A stretch of 64,000 nucleotides of DNA from Chrysomallon squamiferum (lineage: Eukaryota > Animalia > Mollusca). Made by a program: the position numbers and the translations under genes. Positions 27,768-64,000 of the stretch are shown piece after piece (the stretch's first letter is position 1; every line of letters begins with the position of its first letter). The notes under the pieces are model-generated. The model saw only the letters and a list, made by a program, of their open reading frames with translations, did not search any database and was not told the origin of the DNA. The stretch covers positions 992,001-1,056,000 of the forward strand of contig CM022665.1 of the NCBI GenBank assembly GCA_012295275.1, read 5' to 3'.

Positions 27768-29076
27768 ACGAAACCCAAAGACGAGTGTTCACGAGCAGGT
27801 TTTTTCGACGACTAGCAAGAGTTATTTTACATAGAGCTTCACACAGACTGAGTATTAGCATTCTAGTCTGAGCAGTCCTCTGTCTGTCGGTCACAGAGTC
27901 CACGCTGTCTGTTTAAATGACAGGTTACAGTGAACTGAAGTATACACTCACGATTTCGTATCCATTTTGGATAAAAGGTTAAATTCCGTATTTCATGTAA
28001 ATAGTTTGAACTGTAGACAAAATAAATGACTATGGTTATAGCGAAGTAAATTGCTGCAATCTGTTATATACGCTGACTTTGTTTTTGTGGGGGTTTTTCA
28101 ATTCCAACCATAGAAGGATCGATGGCTGATGTTTATTCTGTCCATCTGATTTAGATTTTGTTTGTTTTTGCAGTTTATAATAAAACTCATTTCATATTTA
28201 ATATTACACGGTGACAGAATTCCCGCAGCTTACACGCACAAACCATGTTATAATTATCGCGATTATCAATGTCATATGACATTATTTATTTATTTTATTT
28301 TATTTTATTTAATTTTTTTTTGTTGTAAAACTGCACTGGACGCTCTTTAATGTTGTGTCGCTGCTAATGGAAGGTGATCTTCCTGTGTGAAATCTTACAA
28401 CTGCTGCTGGAAACCTCAGTGTGAAAAATAAACGAAACGAGCTTCTTGAATGTTGTTAATAAAATTATTCCACGACTGAAAGGAATGTTTAAAAACAACG
28501 TCTTACCCAGCATTCCGATCTCTTCTTACCTCATACTGTTAATGATTAAATTTACTCGATTTTTAATTAAGACTGGTCCAATTTTAATTGAACCTATTTT
28601 TTTTCTTTTATTATTATTATTTTTTTTTTATATATTTCTTCTTCTTTTTTTAAATCTGAACTTTCGATCCGATCTACTAGAATATTATTGTGGTAATAAG
28701 TGTAAGCATAGTGTGCATATAAATAACTGAGAATATCGCTTAAAGTAGTTTTTTGAAAGTCCACTAATTCTTACATTTTAAAAGTTTTCATATAATGCGA
28801 TCCATGTCAAAAATGTCTTTTCTGATAAACAAATAAATAAATCCGTAGTTCCAGTAATTGTCGAAGTATCTGTACTTTCACTTTTATTTCAGAATATTTC
28901 TGTTTTATGTCAGTTCTGTAATACAGTTTGAATAGTAAAAAATCATTAAAAGTTTTTTTTTTTTTTTTATGATTTTAGTATTATAAATAAATAATTAATT
29001 TTATTTATGTAAGAAACATTGGTTTCGAAAAATATTTTATAAAGACAACCGGCTGTTTATTATAATCCACGTTTGC

Positions 29077-29120
<44 letters not shown>

Positions 29121-29268
29121 TAAATATACATAAATATACACACACACATAAACCATCTCAGACACATACAAATATACATAGACTCATAAACCATCTCAGA
29201 CACATACAAATATACAATCCTGTACAAATGAATGACAACAAACAAGTATTTCACACCAAAACATATAC

Positions 29269-29274
29269 TTTATT
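29269..29274 (-). terminator. Polyadenylation signal AATAAA of knottin gene
   Basis: tttatt on + strand, about 90 nt past the stop, followed on - strand by GT/T-rich sequence. Confidence 0.65.
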
Positions 29275-29361
29275 GTCCATTCAGTTGCCACAGTGCATTT
29301 CCACCGAACGTTGCCTTTGACATTGTTCTCAGCCAGTACGCAGCGTTAATCGAGAACGCTA

Positions 29362-59972
<30,611 letters not shown>

Positions 59973-60305
59973 GCTGGACCTGTAAGAATAACAAAAAGTA
60001 AAAACATTAGTATAAACAATTGCTTGATTCCTATAAATAACAGTAATTTATAGATAAACAGGGTATCATTACAGCATTTCACAGAAAAGTACAGCTTTAA
60101 TTTCAAATTTTATAAATGTATCGTAAGGAACATAGAAGCATTTTTTAAATTATATATCTACAGTTTAATCACATAATGCACCACAGATTAATCCTTTGGT
60201 TGCATAAAATATAAACAATAATTTCAAAGAGAGATAGAGGGAGAGTAAGGAAGGAAGAAAGGGATCAGAGAGAGAGAAAGAGGGAAACATTTCGCGGAGA
60301 GGCAA

Positions 60306-61125
60306 TGACGTCAAGCGCTGAAACACAGCATTCGTCATAATATAAGATGCTGGATTATGTTGTGATCAACTTTTATTAATTGCTTTCAAATGTGAATGAT
60401 TCAGGGGTAGATCAACAAATTCCATGGTTGAAGGTAAGTTAGCCCTTTTATTACTAAAACTGATGCAAAAAATATGAAGCTCTTTTCAGTGTGGAACATA
60501 TATCTGCTCCTTTTGTAGAATACCGGATACATGATAATTATGTTACAGTTTATTCAGTTTCGTCAAAGAATTGATGGACATTTAAAGTTGTCAGTTTTTA
60601 ATAGAAATATATTATGTAAAATGGATAAACTCTCCGAAGTAAAAATTATTACATTAAAAGTAAAAAAAAAAAAAAAAAAGAAGATTACTGCGTTTTTGAA
60701 AGAAAAAACAAGAAACAAGTCCTCGAAAAGATTAATCAAAGTAACAACAAGAAATTTGATCTGAGGTTAACTGTTTCCAGTATTTAAAAAATGAAACAGA
60801 AAAACACTTGTTTCTAATTCAACTGAAACCTGATACAGTTGACATCTATTAAGAATACCATGAAAAAGATCTAAACATGTGATGTCTTTTTTCTCTCAAA
60901 TAAAACTTTTTTCTCCTTTTTCACATGAGTTACACGAACAAAAAAACAACAAACATAAACACGTGTAATAGGAAACAGATAATGTAACAAAACTAATTAT
61001 TAATGAAACACTATACTCCGAGTTGATGACAGAACATAACAAATACTTTCCAGCAGAATATTATTAAAAAAATAAAATCAAATAATATAAATAAATAATT
61101 TAAAAAAATAGAAGGAATTCAAAGA

Positions 61126-61193
<68 letters not shown>

Positions 61194-62143
61194 TAATAAT
61201 AATGGTTATGACGATGATGATGATGATGACAGTAGTATGATAAAGAAGAATACACTTTACTGAGAGTTTATTATCAGTGCGGTAATATATTTTTAAATGA
61301 AAGAATGGGTGACTGTGTGAGTTAGATACACACTGACAGATGTTAGGTCAAATCTTCCCTGACCAGTTCCAGCTGTTTTCAGTTTGGATCTGATCGAAAA
61401 AGACGACGTGATTACTAATCTAAGCAAAATAATGTATTTGATAATCAAGATTTGATTACTACGTGAAATGCATAGCAGTCTTCAGCCTTAAAAATAACAG
61501 GTTTGCAAGAAATAATCGGGATTGCAATATTAAAAATGACTGATGGAAATGCGCGGTAAATCAATTTTTTTTTCTTTATTTTTTTTCTTTTTCCTTTTTT
61601 TTCTATTATTTATTTTTTCTTTTATTTATATTTTCATTCTTTCTTTTTCTTCTTCTTCTTTTTAATGTATAAAAAATAAAAATAAGTCATTCCTTATGAA
61701 CGATAATGATCCGTGAAAGTGTAAAATTTAAGCTAATAATTGAATTATATTTTTTTAAACATTCACATTTGATCGTTTTATCACTTATTCAAAAGGAAAA
61801 GTGAGAAATGCTTTCAAGAAAATGTTGGTTTAGTCAGTAAATCAGTTTGTTTCTGTGCTATTTGTATTTATTATTATTTCAGTTTAAAGCGTACCTATTG
61901 CGGTGCGAATAAATAGACTAATACAATTTTTTAAATGTCTAAGTTATTATTTCATTGTACTGGGCAACCTTTAACCAAAGACTGACAATAATGTAATACT
62001 GTTTTAAAATATTTGAACGCCGCCAATTCTATACAACTCGATCGTGACGTCATTCTGTGCTTGGCGATCTAACAGCTATATTTCTTTCTGACGCCAGAAG
62101 AAACGTTATTGCAAATAGATTCTCCCTGTACGACATGACGTCA
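60306..62143. promoter_or_regulatory. Cluster of cAMP response elements upstream of the knottin start codon
   Basis: Perfect TGACGTCA at 60306-60313, 62045-62052 and 62136-62143, plus variant TGACGCCA at 62089-62096. Confidence 0.5.
61126..61203. repeat. (AAT)n microsatellite
   Basis: Directly visible. Confidence 0.97.
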
Positions 62144-64000
62144 CAGAAACGTAGCAGTCTCAGAGTTGCTACATAAAAAAAATCAGAGAAACCTAAAATC
62201 CATTTAAACCGAATTATAGCTGATAGCCTAATGCGATGAACTAAAGTTCGCTGAAAGATATCTTTGTCGAGTAAAACAATTTAAATGTTCAAGAAAGTTT
62301 TGAAAATAGAATTCAAATATTAAATAAAATTAATAAAAAACAAAAACAAAATAAATAGAAAAATAAATTAATAGCAATAAATATAATGCAAAATATTGTT
62401 ATTGCTTTGTATTTTTTCTTACTAATTTTTTTCTGATTTTCTTCTTTTTACTAATTCGGCTAGATTATTTTCTTTTATAATTAGTACGAAAGAAAAATGA
62501 ATCCAGACATCAGAATCAAATAGCCCTCTTGAAAGATGCTACAAGTATGGTGTTTTTATTTTTTTGTTTATTAGTTCTGTTTTATTTTGTTTTAGTTTTT
62601 TTAATTATTTAAAACGACAGTGTTTCTAAAGGAGACTTTCACATATGGCTCTAATTTCTCTTCTGCACGGAATACAGAGATGTAGTATTGATTTCACAAA
62701 AAAATCTAGTCAAAAGTTCACATTTATGTTATTTACGCAGATGATTAAAACCCGAGCTGATTTATAGTAGAAAACACAAATTTAAACTGTACATTAAATA
62801 CTAGAACATGAATAGGAACTTAGGAAGATACGCGAAGTCTGATTTATTTGTTAACATCAAATAAATAAAAAGAAAAAAAACGCCCAAAACTAAAAAACAA
62901 ACTTTGCTACTTCGACTCTCTTGAGAATAAACAAAACCTTCCTAAAAGGATGTGAAATGACATTTGTTTGAGGTACTCAGTGGGTCATATATCAGTGGCT
63001 TTACGGACAGCACCAGGCCTGTAATGCTTTAATAAAGTCTAAAATCAATCATTCATCCATTTCTAAAAGGCCAGCGACAGTTCTCGAAATGAATGGCAAA
63101 CAACAAGTATTCAGGTTTTAAAGTGATGTGTCATTTTGAAATAATTAAAATAAAAGTGCCCAAACTTCAGAAAGTAGATAACAGACTAATTTCAAATCCG
63201 AATGAATTCAAAAATATTTTTTTCCTGCCAATAACCCGGTTGGCGAAACATTACCTGAAGTTATATAATTATCTGAAAAGTGATTTTCTTTTAATTATGT
63301 GAGAAACTGTTAAAGACTTTTTTCTGTGGATCGTCATCTCGTGTATCTTGATATAAACACAGCAGCATGTCTCAAACCAGTTTAGAAATAAACTTACTGT
63401 AAAACTTCCCTCTGAGCTTTGAGATGTTGATGTCAAAGATTCACATGAGTTTTGGCTTCTGCAATACAATATAACAGCTTCCTCGGGAATAAAACTCAAC
63501 TTCTCATCTGTGAACTTGCTCATGTTTCTCTTACGAAAATAGCTGATAAAGCCTAAACAAAATAATCTAATATAAACGGATGACCTTACAACAGATAATT
63601 TCTTGTGGTGATGTAACACTTGCAAAACCAGTGCAAAGAGAGCGAGTATATATTTATTACATATATAAAAGATATTCTAAAATGTAAAAGTATTGTTGTA
63701 GTTCGGTCATATTTGCATTTGGAAAATTTCAACAAGGTAAAAGAAATGTAATCTGTTATAATGATATGACCTAAAATACGATAATGAAATACGAAAATAT
63801 AAGCGAATCTGTGCGGTCAAATCTGCATTAGGAAACTGTCTAAGTTAAATATATTGTACGAAGTTTAAACAGTGTGAGACGTGGCTTCACTTCAAACCTC
63901 ATTTTGAAGAAAACTATTGAATCTCAAGAGGCGGAGTAGACAGCGTTTTTTTGTCTGGATGCTGTCTCCATAAATAACATCATTTCGAACATTTCAGATA

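Noticed and set aside
60340-60433. Plus-strand TATA-like motif and AAG|GTAAGT donor suggesting a divergent transcript
   Set aside because: No downstream acceptor or exon chain identified; single motifs are common in AT-rich DNA.

Overview
AT-rich, intron-rich animal genomic DNA, probably a mollusc (inferred from repeat content and gene style); it is not prokaryotic. Most ORFs in the supplied track are microsatellite or AT-rich noise. Two spliced genes can be rebuilt by eye and they face each other tail-to-tail. (1) + strand, 1630-10305: the last nine coding exons of diacylglycerol lipase alpha (DAGLA), with GHSLG serine, GKD aspartate, DHMP histidine and a long low-complexity C-tail. Its 5' exons lie before the window. 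(2) - strand, 59972->29362: a complete 100-aa secreted prepropeptide in three small coding exons (signal / acidic pro-region / cystine-knot) separated by about 20.3 kb and 10.0 kb introns: MNFVTLLVIFSVLGASMA-YRIDGIDDESENEYDEDEGSNIFETV-KR-RVRLRLKDMCLPWIAPCPFETHLLRKYPFLRCCNGLACVCTIWGNNCKCQSKLG*. The C-C-CC-C-C-C-C framework and CxCxxWGxNCxC motif place it with agatoxin-like neuropeptides, but it has a long, basic loop 2. A cluster of perfect CRE sites lies upstream of it. A sharp CpG-poor to CpG-normal transition near 18-19 kb separates the two gene domains. The rest is decayed transposon/SINE/MITE remnants, a 60-bp minisatellite and many microsatellites.
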